A DNA stretch of 64,000 bases from Octopus vulgaris (GCA_951406725.2 OX597816.1:107632001-107696000); one strand, 5' to 3'; shown: positions 29,511 through 42,592, numbered from the stretch's first letter. Made by a program: numbers and translations. Notes: generated by a model not told the origin, from the sequence alone.

Positions 29511-31597
29511 CAAACATTTACATATATGTATACACAATCCTTTATGTATGATTTTCATGCTGTAGTGATATGCGGTTGCTGATGTTATCGAATAAAATCT
29601 TTATCACGTAAGATAAATTGAATGCATTTAGTAAATAAGTTTTAAAGTAGTTCCAGAGACGCAAGGAACGATGAGTGCAAAGTTACAGTTAGAGACTGAA
29701 GGGGAAAGAACTGGGAAGAATTGTTGAGGTAATTGCTTGCACAATGACTAAAAGTGAATTGCAAAGAGGCAATCGGCAGGCTGTTTAAACAACGATGGAA
29801 GTTGTGATGTGTACATACATATATTTAGAGAAGCATATGCATATTTTACTGGTGTTTTATAATACATTTTGTATGTTTTATAATGGTAGCTAAGAAAGTA
29901 TCTTTCCATTTGTTAACTTAAAAGAAATTTGCTTGATATGCTTATTTGAAAACTCGGTTTTGAAATTAGTGTTTTCGTTTATGAAATTGTAAAAATGTGA
30001 AACGGATATACATATTTTAAATCATATTAATAAAAGTGGAAAGAAATATAGGCTTGGAGACGGTGTGAGAAGAATATTCTTTGATTCTTTAACTTGTTTC
30101 AGCCATCAGACTGCGGCCATGCTGGGGCACCGCCTTGAAAAATTTTAACCGAATGAATCGACTCCAGTATCTATTTTTTAATACTAGTACTCTATTTTTA
30201 AAGACCAGTACGGATTCCTGTATAAGTTTGAATAAGAAAGCTCTGTCCTGAGTATGGTTGTAAAATGCATCCGATCGTGGCAACCTCGTTGGGGAATTCC
30301 AGAGTTTTTGAGGAAAGTGGAACCACCACTTAGCAACTGAACCGGAGTAGCCATGGGTTAATTAGTATAATTATGCCTTGTCGACTTATGCATGTGAAGA
30401 CTGGATCCGTGACACTGCATAACCTTCGTGGTTCAACGGAGTGCAAAACGCAAGATGAGGCGAGTAAAATTTCTTGTCCGTCCACTGCATCTGTCTCCAT
30501 CTCATTCGTCTGGACCTGGACTTACCATTGAATTAAACATGTTCTTGGACAATATCAGCATGCAAGTCACCAGCCATTGTTAAGGAAGTCTAGATCGTCA
30601 TCGTCGCTCCGACAAATAAACAAGGAAGGGAGCTCAGTAGCAAGTATTCAGTCTGAGAGTAACGACTGCTTTTCCACCGTCCTCACTAATATCAGAAGTC
30701 TCTTGCAACAGATTATTGGGCGATGCACTTTGTCTTTTCACAGAAACACCTCATAAAAAGAGGAAATATAATCTGTTTGTAACTTGTGTAGTTCAGCAGT
30801 AAATATCTCAATCCTAAGGAAGATATATATAATCAAAACGATACTTAAATAAGAAATTTTATCTCGCTTTAAGGGTGTACTACAAATTTATCTATTATTC
30901 AAATGTTATGTTATTTATATCCGTTAATGCTGTATTATTTTGCTTTCTTGACACTAAATGTAGTGTTAAAAATAAACAGAAACCTGATATTCAGAGCAGA
31001 ATGAAATAAAAAAATTAATGCTGATTGATTCAATAATATTGTTTTGGGTTGTCTTCTAAGAAACAAAACAATAAAATGAAAATAACAAACTAAGTAAATA
31101 AACAAATAAAGTAGAATAGAATGAGTACAGAATCAGAAATATAATCAACGAAAAAAATTCTGATGCATTTAAAATATATCCTTCAAGATATATATTCTTG
31201 TAGAGGATCCACTGATCATTTCAGTACCTAAATTCTGATTAGATTTTGAAAGAAAATATGTAATAAAGAGTATTTATCTATACATGACCTGACACTAATA
31301 TTGATAATAGAGGTATTTAGATAAGAACACCTCCCAGATTAGATTATAGCACTACAAACACCACCACCACCATCACCATAACCACAGTCACCACCAATAT
31401 CACTACAACCATCACCATTATAACCACAACCACCACTCCAACTAGCAACACCGATATCTGCACCACCACCACAACCACCAACATACCACCACCTCCAACA
31501 CTACCACAGCAACAACACGCTTCATTGCTACTATCTCCATAACCACTACTCACAACCCACCACAGTTAACGCATTTACCATCACCGCTAACATAACC

Positions 31598-32000
31598 TAT
31601 TTCTTTATTACCCACAAGGGGTAATAGAGGGAACAAACAAGAACAGACATAGGTATTAAGTTGACTACATCTACCCCAGTGCGTAACTGGTACTTAATTT
31701 ATCGACCCCAAAAGATGAAAGGCAAAGTCGACCTCGGCGGAATTTGAACTTACAACGTTGCGACAGACGAAATACCTATTTCTTTATTACCCACAAGGGG
31801 CTAAACACAGAGGGGACAAACAAGGACAGACATAGGTATTAAGTCGATTACATCGACCCCAGTGCGTAACTGGTACTTAATTTATCGACCCCGAAAGGAT
31901 GAAAGGCAAAGTCGACCTCGGCGGAATTTGAACTCACAACGTAACGCAGACGAAATACCGCAAAGCATTTCGCCCGGCGTGCTAACGTTTCTGCCAACTA
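31598..32000 (-). mobile_element. Tandem pair of MetaSINE-like elements (family B)
   Basis: Two copies of CCCCAGTGCGTAACTGGTACTTAATTTATCGACCCC..GATGAAAGGCAAAGTCGACCTCGGCGGAATTTGAAC; other copies near 6945-7010, 25670-25770 (+) and 44450-44600. Confidence 0.85.
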
Positions 32001-32102
32001 ACCACTTGCACTACGCTCTTAACCAACGCAATCTCCACCGTCGCCACTATCACAAGCGACAAAAACATCATTACTACTACTACTACTACTACTACTACTA
32101 CG

Positions 32103-32139
<37 letters not shown>

Positions 32140-32501
32140 AAACTACTTCTAGCGCCCCAGTCGTCATTATATGTATGTATATGACTTTGGGTGTGTGTTT
32201 GCCCACCACCACCACCATCGCTTGACAACAGATGTTCGGGTGTTTACGTCTCCGTAACTTAGTGGTTCGGCAAAAAGAGCCCAATAGAATAAGTACTAGA
32301 CTTACAAAATAAAGTCCTGGTGTCGATTTGTTCGACTAAAAGCGGTGCTCCAGTATGGCCACAGCCAAATGACTGAAACAAATAAAAGAATATAAGAATA
32401 TATATATATATATATATACAGTATATATATATATATATATATACATACATACATATACATACATACATACATACATACATATACAGACATACATATATTT
32501 A

Positions 32502-32590
<89 letters not shown>

Positions 32591-32823
32591 TGTTGTATTT
32601 AGGAATGATTATGTTGCTAGTTTAGCAAATAAATACACACGCACTATATATTTGGTGTTAATTTGCTTCAGCTTTATTTTTTACATTAATCTTAATCTTA
32701 TTTCGGTTAGAGTTCTTTCATCACACTTCTGTGACCTCATCTGTGGTCTTTTACTTTCTTCTTTCTTATTTGTGTGTCTCTCCTTACTAACGGTCAGCCA
32801 TTTTGCAAAATAAATATATCAAC

Positions 32824-32898
<75 letters not shown>

Positions 32899-32965
32899 AC
32901 CGCGTGTGTATCGTTGGCGATTTTTTCCCTCCCTCTTCCCTTCTCTGGATCTTTCCTTTTCCTAT

Positions 32966-33000
32966 GTTTCTGACGAAGAGCTCCGCTCGAAACGTTAAAC
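32966..33000 (+). ncRNA. Minimal type I HHR-like motif in a solo PLE-like terminus (~32899-33093)
   Basis: GTTT-CTGACGA-A-GAGC tcc GCTC-GAAA-CG-TT-AAAC, with a palindromic ACGT stem III; flanked by (TG)n and (TA)n. Confidence 0.65.
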
Positions 33001-33089
33001 CCTCCTTATTTCCTGAGCGTCCAATAATACTATACTTGTTCCACGTCCTCGCGTTGTTGTGTATTCTCTTTGTGTTTTCATGTTTGGAT

Positions 33090-33130
<41 letters not shown>

Positions 33131-33299
33131 GTAAAGTCAGTCGAATGTTGAATATTGCTACTTGTTTAACCCCAGGCAGATTCCATATATATTTGAAAGT
33201 TTTTGTGAGAAACTACTTAATGTAGGTTTCAAGTACAAAGGATATTTAAAAATGAAATTTAAAAAGGAAAATTTATAAAATCTTTTATCAGGACGTTAC

Positions 33300-33675
33300 T
33301 AACAATTTTTTTGAAGAGTTTTTTTGCGTAGTGTATGAGTGCTTTCGATTACCCTTTTTAAACACACAAGGTCTCAGTTAATGTATGAAAGAGGAAGTAG
33401 TAGTGGAGGTATTAATTATTTCCGGTTTATTTGGAAAGTTCTACAGATTTTTACAGTTCCAATGATGGATTGGATCTGTAGTCTTCGAATTAGCTTCCTC
33501 CTTTCTGGTTTGAGAAGCCTAATTTCTCAAGATTGGTATTTAAGCAGTGTGTTACATATCCCAGGGTCCCAATAATTACAGGTGTAACTTTGAACTTGTG
33601 ATCTGGATAGAATAACTGCCGATTTCTCAATAGTTCACCATAGATGTTCTCTTTTTCACTGATCTTTGTATGCAT
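33300..33675 (-). mobile_element. R4/Dong-like restriction-like endonuclease 3' fragment
   Basis: EKENIYGELLRN..FYPDHKFKVTPVIIGTLGYV, followed by IRRLQIQSIIGTVKICRTF. Confidence 0.7.
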
Positions 33676-34472
33676 GTACGTATTTATATATGTATATTTG
33701 TATGTACGTACGTATGTACGTATGTATGTATATATGTATATATATATATAAAATTATATGTAAAAATATAAATTAAAGTATATATACATATATGTATTCA
33801 TACACATATACACTCACACATACTTGTATGTATGTATGTATGTATGTATGTATGTATGTATGTATGTATGTATGTATGTATGTATGTATGTTTGCATGTA
33901 TGTATGTATGTATGTATGTATGTATGCATGTATGTATGTATGTGTGTCTGTGTGTGTACGCGCACGTCTGTATAGGCACAAGGGTGTGTGTTTATGATTT
34001 TTCTATTTGTGTGTTTACTTTACACTCCTGAACGTCAGGAGGATCATAATACTTGCTCTACTCGTGGAAATTACTGAATGAAGCTGACTAGTTCAGTGGA
34101 AATTAGATATGTAAAATTGCTAATACACGCAGAACTTTCCACATTTCCATGCTCCACAGATAGTGTTTAGACTGCTGGCTCCCACGAATAATAGCTATGA
34201 ATAACAGTCGACTGTACGGGAAGGGATATAGTGACCAGCAAGTATCACAGACACCCCTGATCGATGCGAACTTGTGTGTCTATAACTGGAAAATATATTA
34301 CAAGATAATGACGACAAGTCTTCAGTGCCCCAGTAGGAATGATATTTAGTTAGAACAATCAAAATAACTAGATGAGATACAGAGGAAAATTCCCAAGTCC
34401 CTGTGTTTCATAAGTAGTATGCGCAAAACACTCGTCGTAAGCAACACTTTCGTAACTTCTGCTGATTAAATA

Positions 34473-34537
<65 letters not shown>

Positions 34538-34890
34538 GTGTGTGTGTGTGTGTATGTATGCATGTATGTGTGTGTATACATATATGTATATATATGTGTG
34601 TGTATATATGTATATATATGCATGTATATACATATGTATGTATATATATTCATGTATAAATATTTATATATATATATATAAATATATATAAATATTTATA
34701 TATGAATATATGTAATCATAGTTATATATGCACAGATATGTACATATATACTTTCTGTATACATATTGATGTGTGTATACACGCACACATATATTTAAAT
34801 GTATATATGACACATATACTTATATATATATGTATATATATATATATATATGAATGTATATATATATATGTATACGTGGGTGTGCATATG

Positions 34891-34922
<32 letters not shown>

Positions 34923-36378
34923 TACGCACACCCACGTATACACTTGCCTCCACACAAGCGTTCATTCACAAACACACACATACGCACATATATTTATATT
35001 CATATTGCATATTTCTGCGTTTTACGTCTTACAAATTTTTATATTTTTTCTTGTTGTTACTTTAATTCTTTTTCCTTTCAAAGATGCTTATAAAACATTG
35101 TAAAGATTCTTTGATAAAACAAAAATGGTTTGCATCGGTGATGAGAAAATTGTAAGAGATAATGGAAACAAAACGTCGGAGAATAATAGGCTTCTAAGAA
35201 TATTAAAAATTGTTGGTTGGCAAAAAAAGTTTCATGTCTTCATTTCATTGGAGCTAAATTTTCAAAGATATTTTTAGATTTATCAAATGGAGATTGCTTA
35301 TTACAGTAAAGAAACTTTTTAAAAAATGCATTTAATTTTTATAATACACAAGTCTGATCATAATTCTGAAGCAGAAATCGAAATAGAGATTTTCATTAAG
35401 CACATCTGCTTATTCAAAATCTGATGCAATGTTTTTTTTTTCCTGTCGTTTTACTTTATATTCGCTAAAAATATATCTAAAAGTCCTGAGATGATTGTGA
35501 AAGTCTAGTCTTTCTATATTATGCGTTTTAGCTTAATTGCTCATAAAACATATCAATACATATACATATGCATGCTTGCGCATACCATATGCATGTACGA
35601 ATTTGTGAATGTGTATATGCATGTAAATATATCTGCATAAATGCATTCTTGTATACATGTGAGCTTGTGTGTATGCATATTAAAGTAAATTATCAAAGTT
35701 TATTTTCAGCAGTCATCTGCCATGTGGTAAAGTTATAAATGAAAAATGCAAAACACAGAGAGAGTTGTCTTATGCTTTCTAAAATATATTTCCTAACCAC
35801 ATCCCCATAAATTCTAACACGGTCTCAATGAATTCTTTTCGCTTTAGTTGTAGGGATTACTTGCAACCAATGAGTCAATGTGTTGCATGATTCTTTCTTT
35901 TTTATATCTCTCTTTTTTGCACCTGTGTTGATAACATTAAAAATTAAATGTTTTCAGTGCTGGCCTGTAAACATTATATATGTTGTTGTGTAGCCCCTGG
36001 TTAGGTTTAATCGAACAGACCCATATTTCCGTATTTTCAAACAAGGTTTCATTGTCTCAGACTAGATTACAAGATGACCTTCGTTTTTTCTGAAAACAGT
36101 GGTGTGTGATTTGATCTGTTTAGTATTTTTAGTTAGCCGATTAACCATGTTGATACGCCATTCCTTTCTTAAGATGGTAGAGTTTGATTTGATGAAGCTT
36201 TGGCTGTTAATATTAGTAAATCGAGCGCCCTTGATATAAACCCCTGATCAGTAGTCTACAAAGCACCTGAGTAGTTTTGACTTAGTTGAGTTCAAACCAG
36301 TATTTGACTTTTATAACGCCGCATGGCCTTAGCTCGTTTCCTGCGATTCTAAGAAGTAAAAGTGTGTAAATGTACACT

Positions 36379-36435
<57 letters not shown>

Positions 36436-37592
36436 CGCGTGTGTGTGTTTGCTAGTGTCTGTTTTCCATTTAGTTTTTGTTTACTTATACACATCAACAA
36501 ATGAGCCAATGAGGTACTCTCTGTGTGGTTGTTCAATTTGCTAGAAATAACAATCAAATCTCCTCCATACTATGCTCTTGTTAGTATTAAGGTAAAAGAA
36601 AATGTTTACTTCTCTCCATCATTACGATTAAAATTAATATTTTTGATTTTGTTCGGCTCTATGAATTTAATTTTTTTTAAATGCTTCTGTCTATTGCCTG
36701 ATACAGGAAATTTGAAATTTCTGACAAAAACAGAGAAATTCTAACTTAACAAAGAATATAGAAAGAGAAAGAAATGTTCTGTTTTCCAAAGCCAAAAGAT
36801 GTGTTTTCAGCTGGGTTGTAATTTTATAATTAAAACAAATTCAAAATTTAAATTTCAGAACATACGACTTAACAGGTCATCTGCTATATAGCCGCAGTTC
36901 AAATGGGTACAAAATCTGAAACAAATGTATGTGGTTGGGTCTTTAACAACCAGGGGTCAATTTAAGTTCAATTGCAGAAAGGAATTCAAAACAACACACA
37001 CAATCATATACATACAAACATACCCATACGTACACACACTTGCACAAATACTTACCTATCAGCCACTCCCAAAAGCCAGTTTGATCCAACATTCTGACCA
37101 CCATTGTTTATGTATTTGCACACACCTCCCCTACACACATACACCCATATACACATTTGCTTGGTGTCGTAAACGTGGAAAAAGTGCTTTTCAAGTTTTT
37201 GAAATTTTGAAACAAAAAAGCATGGTCTTTTTAAACTGATTGTCAGAGAGATGTGAAAATATGGCTACTACTTGTTAATTTCAAATTAAACTTACCAAAG
37301 ATGAGGGTCTTCCAGCGCCCCCTCGCACCCCTTTGCCCCCAAATGCCACCCCCACTCGAGCTCCAAATGGCCCCGGGGGGTAGTCTAAATCCTCCGTTCA
37401 GAACCTTTGGTGTATACCAATTACATATTTTGGATACTAAGGCATTAAGGAAAGCATCGTTTGCTGACGTTATGCATACTTCCAGTACATTTATCAAGAT
37501 CTACTTGGGGATAGTTTTGGTAGTGTGTCCTGTGTGATACATTTTAATAAATACTTACAATTAAATGTGCGGGATATGTGTGCAGACGTAAG

Positions 37593-37684
<92 letters not shown>

Positions 37685-37853
37685 AATCTATCTATCTATC
37701 TATCTATCTATATATCTATCTATCTATCTATCTATCATCTCCCTCTTGTTCTCTCTTTATCTTAATCTTTCCATCTATCCCGATATATATATCTCATTCT
37801 CTCCCTATATGTGTGTATATGTGTGTATAACTATACATAGATATGCTAATATG

Positions 37854-37885
<32 letters not shown>

Positions 37886-37917
37886 TGTATGTATGTATGT
37901 ATGTATGTATGTATGTA

Positions 37918-37986
<69 letters not shown>

Positions 37987-38361
37987 GCATATACATACAC
38001 ATATATATGCATATATATAAATATATATATACATATACATATATACATATATATATATATGTGCGTGTGTATCTGTGTGTGTGTGTGTGTGCTTGTGTAA
38101 GATGAAAGTCATCAAATGGGAGTGAATATACTGTTAATAATTTTAAGTATTATTGATGCAACGGCCAAATTAGAAGAAAGCGTGAGAGAATAATTATCTA
38201 GAGAGCAAAAGATAAGCTAAAAATGGGAAACTTTGAAAAGGTGAGAAGGCAAAAATAGACGGAAATAACAAACACTGTGCCAAACAGTACATAGATAATT
38301 GCCTCATATCGTACGCACATATAATATACGGTGATTACTCACACTCATACCTACATAGCTC

Positions 38362-38842
38362 TTACTCTTTTTACTCTTTTACTTGTTTCAGTCATTTGAC
38401 TGCGGCCATCCTGGAGCATCGCCTTTAATCGAGCAACTCGACCCCGGGACTTATACTTTGGTAAGCCCAGTACTTATTCTATCGGTCTCTTTTGCCGAAC
38501 CGTTAAGTAACGGAGACGTAAACACACCAGCATCGGTTGTCAAGCAATGCTAGGGGGACAAACACAGACACACAAACATACACGCACACACACATATATA
38601 TATATTTGATTTGATTTGATTTAGTTTCAGCTCACGAGCTGTGGCCATGCTGGGGCACCGCCATATATATACATATATACGACAGGCTTCTTTCAGTTTC
38701 CGTCTACCAAATCCACTCACAAGGCATTGGTCGGCCCAGGGATATAGCAGAAGACACTTGCCCAAGGTGTCACGCAGTGGGACTGAACCCGGAACCTTGT
38801 GGTTGGTTAGCAAGCTACTTACCACACAGCCACTCCTGCGCC
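38362..38842 (-). mobile_element. Full SINE family A with another retroposon tail nested in its internal microsatellite
   Basis: Tail at 38362-38600 and head at 38680-38842; the insert at 38605-38662 reads (TTTGA)n..GGCCATGCTGGGGCACCGCC. Confidence 0.85.
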
Positions 38843-38862
38843 TATAGGTATGCATTATATAT

Positions 38863-39023
38863 CAGGAGTGGCTGTGTGGTAAGTAGCTTGCTTACCAACC
38901 ACATGTTTCCGGGTTCAGTCCCACTGCGTGGCACCTTGGGCAACTGTCTTCTACTATAGGCGCGAGCCGACCAAAACCTTATGAGTGGATTTGGTAGACG
39001 GAAACTGAAAGAAGCCCGACGTA

Positions 39024-39060
<37 letters not shown>

Positions 39061-39061
39061 G

Positions 39062-39093
<32 letters not shown>

Positions 39094-39101
39094 TATATAT
39101 G

Positions 39102-39134
<33 letters not shown>

Positions 39135-40049
39135 GAATGAATATATATATATATATATATACAGGTGAGAAAGTTGGTGTGTGAAAGCACGTGGTTGAAT
39201 ATATAGAAAATAGTAAAAAGTGAAAAAACTACAGAAGGCTTGTTTTAGAAGGTTAAAATATATATATTTGAGTCATTATGTCTGAAGAATGTTATAAATT
39301 TTTTTTCATACAATGACATAGTTTTTGAAGAAAGACCGGTTTCGCGTTCAGCTTTTAAAATTTCTTACATCGTTATGTTTACGTTGAGGAGTGTGGAGGA
39401 GAGTGAGAGAGAGTTCCAGATAAGGGTAGGTAATAAGTGATTTCTTCCGGTGTAAGGGAGATAATCGCTTAATATTTCTTGCCTTTCTTTTGGAGTGAGT
39501 TTCTCTGTATAAGAATGTTGGAATGGTTAAGTGTGGGCTTGTATTTTTCAATGAAGAATGTTTCCTTGTTTAGTCTAATTTGTGTTGGTGTTCCGATAGC
39601 ACATTGAGAAATGCGCAAAGCAACTACTACCACAATTTTTAATCTTTCCATTTTACCAATGTGCTATCGGAACACCAACACAAATTAGACTAAACAAGGA
39701 AACATTCTTCATTGAAAAATACAAGCCCAAACTTAACCATTCCAACATTCTTATACAGAGAAACTCACTCCAAAAGAAAGGCAAGAAATATTAAGCGATT
39801 ATCTCCCTTACACCGGAAGAAATCACTTATTACCTCCCCTTATCTGGAACTCTCTCTCACTCTCCTTCACACTTCTCAACGTAAACATAACGATGTAAGA
39901 AATTTGAAAAGCTGAACGCGAAACCGGTCTTTCTTCAAAAACTATGTCATTGTATGAAAAAAATTTATAACATTCTTCAGACATAATGACTCAAATATAT
40001 ATTTTTTAACCTTCTAAAACAAGCCTTCTGTAGTTTTTTCACTTTTTAC

Positions 40050-40099
<50 letters not shown>

Positions 40100-40327
40100 T
40101 ATGCGTGTGTGTGTGTGTTTGTGTGCCTGTGTTTGTCCCCCAGCATCGCTTGACAACGGATGCTGGTGTGTCTACGTCCCCGTAACATAGCGGTTCGGCA
40201 AAAGAGACCGATAGAATAAGTACTAGGCTTACAAAGAATAAGTCCTGGTGTCGATTTGGTCGACTAAAGACGGTGGTCCAGCATGGCCGCAGTCAAATGA
40301 CTGAAACAAGTAAAAGAGTAAAGAGAG
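38863..40327 (+). mobile_element. SINE family A split by the PLE palindrome
   Basis: Head at 38863-39021, then (TA)n, the PLE insert, more (TA)n, and the 3' half at ~40110-40327 ending (GTAAAAGA)n. Confidence 0.85.
39168..40055. mobile_element. PLE 3'-end fold-back palindrome with ~400 bp arms and a 50 nt loop
   Basis: 39207-39606 is a near-identical reverse complement of 39657-40055, giving mirror ORFs 39348-39551 (-) and 39712-39915 (+); homologous to 48286-48800 (TQIRLNKETFFIEKYKP). Confidence 0.93.
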
Positions 40328-40388
40328 TATACACACACACACACACAAACACACACATACACACACACATATATATATAAGACATAAG

Positions 40389-40431
<43 letters not shown>

Positions 40432-40460
40432 TATAATAATAATAATAATAATAATAATAT

Positions 40461-40508
40461 GCTACGCGCGTTTCCACTAATCACCTGATTTGGGGAAACG
40501 CGCGTAGC
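40461..40508. repeat. Short GC-rich hairpin with 15 bp perfect arms
   Basis: GCTACGCGCGTTTCC..GGAAACGCGCGTAGC next to (TAA)n. Confidence 0.9.
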
Positions 40509-40637
40509 GATGTATTAGATAGAATTATTGTTCTTATTTTATTTATCCAACATTATATCGGTATAACCATGATGCAACCCCGAAAAACTGACTCAGTAGT
40601 CAGTATCATTAGACGGAAGCCGGCTTAATGTAATAAG

Positions 40638-41028
40638 AGCTTTAATTGCATACCTTTAACGTTATCATAAACGAATTCAAAAGATATATATACGTATGTA
40701 TAAAATTATACAGAAAGCGAACTACTAAGTGGTCTCCTTACATGCTGAAAAGATATGTCAAATACCCAACCCAATCCCGTTTCTTCGTGGGTTGAGAATT
40801 TGACATCTCTTTTCAGCATGTAAGGAAACCACGTAGTGGTTCCCCTTTATGTGTATAATTTTATACACCAGTATGTATTTTAAAGATAATTATGGACAAC
40901 GGACATCTTTTGCGCATACTGGCCACTTGTATAAATTATTTTTAATAAGTTTTACCCTTTATATATACATATACATACTTATATATTGGTATGTATTATA
41001 TATCTTCTATATGTAGGAGATGAGGAAT

Positions 41029-41097
<69 letters not shown>

Positions 41098-41960
41098 GAA
41101 ATGAAGAAAATGCTGACAAGAAATTTTAGGCGCGAAACCAAGCAAATCTTAAACAACTCTGGAGTCTCTTTTTTCACATATAAGAGACAGCAAACCCAAC
41201 ATAAAGTCAGATAAGAGAAAAAAAATCTATCAGAAAGGAACTCTATCTCTCTTAAAAAATATCTTTTGATAAGCATAACAAATGCGCAACCGGTAAAAAG
41301 AACTTTCACCTAATTAAATACACTCTCCCTTACTTAAATTATTTTGTCAGCATTTTCTTCATTTCCTTTTTTTATATATCACAACTCGTGTTCCACATCT
41401 CCTTTTTTAAATATATATATATATATATATATAGATATATTGTTATATTTCGGAATGGTCATATTGCCAGTTTAACCATATATATATATATATATATTGT
41501 ATATAGATGTATAACACATTATTTGCATTATTTACAAATGACGGATATTTGTCCTCATCGTGGTTGTTGTTAACACAACGTTTCGGCTGATATACCCTCC
41601 ACCCTTCATCGGGTGTCTTGGGGATAATTTACATGCTGAAAAGAAAAGAGATGTCAAATCCCCAAACCACGAAGAAACGGGGTTGGTTTGGGTATTTGAC
41701 ATATCTTTTTAGCATGTAAGGAGACCATTTAATGGTTCTCTTTCTGTATAATTTTATACACGCGTATATATATATTTTAAGTTCGTTTATGGTAACGTTA
41801 AAGGTATGCAATTAAAGCTACCTTCGGAATGAGAACCCAGTTTCGAAATTTCCCCAAGACACCTGATGAAAGCTGTAGGGTATATCAGCCGAAACGTGTG
41901 TTAACAACAAACAAGTTGAGGACAAATATAAGTGAAATGTAAATAATGTAAATAATGTAT
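40638..41960. repeat. Cluster of overlapping inverted repeats
   Basis: 40638-40822 vs 41629-41819 (inverted); ~40697-40867 self-palindromic; 41095-41128 vs 41333-41368; ~41512-41627 vs ~41847-41960. Confidence 0.85.
41858..41902 (+). ncRNA. Minimal HHR-like motif, with an inverted mutated copy at 41572-41617
   Basis: GACAC-CTGATGA-A-aGCTG..CAGCC-GAAA-CG-T-GTGTT; the inverted copy has CCGATGA and CG-TT-GTGTT. Confidence 0.6.
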
Positions 41961-42051
41961 TATATATCTACATACAATTTATATATATACACATATAATA
42001 CATGTGTTTTATGTGTATATGTATGTATGAAATAAATGAATGCATCCTTTT

Positions 42052-42287
42052 AAAGCCTAGCCAGACTCATGGGTCTGTTTTCTCGGTTTCTATGGCGTAT
42101 GTGTTCCCCAGCTGGACGGGACGCCGGTCCATCGCAGCGTTACCCATTTTTGCCAGCTGAGTGGACTGGAGCAACGTGAAATGAAATGTTTTGCTCAAGA
42201 GCACAACGCGTCGCCCGGTCCAGGAATCGAAACCACAATCTTACGATTATGATGCCGACACCCAAACCACTAAGTCACGCGCCTTCA
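42052..42287 (-). mobile_element. tRNA-derived SINE with a Deu/Nin-like domain
   Basis: Reverse complement has GGCGCGTGACTTAGTGG (A-box), GGTTTCGATTCC (B-box) and GCGATGGACCGGCGTCCCGTCCAG. Confidence 0.8.
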
Positions 42288-42309
42288 CTATATGTATGTA
42301 TACACCCCC

Positions 42310-42358
<49 letters not shown>

Positions 42359-42526
42359 TTTAACTGCTGCTAACTATTAGCTACAGGCTAGTTTTCTCGG
42401 GTCTCATCGCGCCAGAAGTAGAGACATTTGAAATATATATTTCAAATGTAATAGGACGTACTCCATGCACGCGATATTTCGGTATCGTGTTGGCATTTAG
42501 TATAGCAAATTGCATTTTATATGGGA

Positions 42527-42592
42527 CCATGCTGATGATGGTTGCACTTTTCCTTGCGGAAAATAACAACCGAAACTAAATTTAGTACATGG
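42527..42592 (+). ncRNA. Type I hammerhead ribozyme motif
   Basis: CCATG-CTGATGA-t-GGTTG..TTTTCC ttgc GGAAAA..CAACC-GAAA-CTAAATTTAG-TA-CATGG; all three stems can form. Confidence 0.8.

Noticed and set aside
30280-30700. Possible RTE-type 5' region; similarly a possible RTE 3' end at 22563-22690
   Set aside because: The resemblance is from impression only, with no diagnostic protein motif.
31598-32000. CRISPR-like repeat/spacer arrangement
   Set aside because: These are tandem SINE copies in eukaryotic DNA, with no regular short repeat-spacer period and no cas genes.
34070-34115. HHR-like CTGAATGA..GAAA; similar weak motifs near 32700-32750 (-) and 42797-42825 (-)
   Set aside because: Core and stems are too degenerate to call, although they may be decayed PLE termini.
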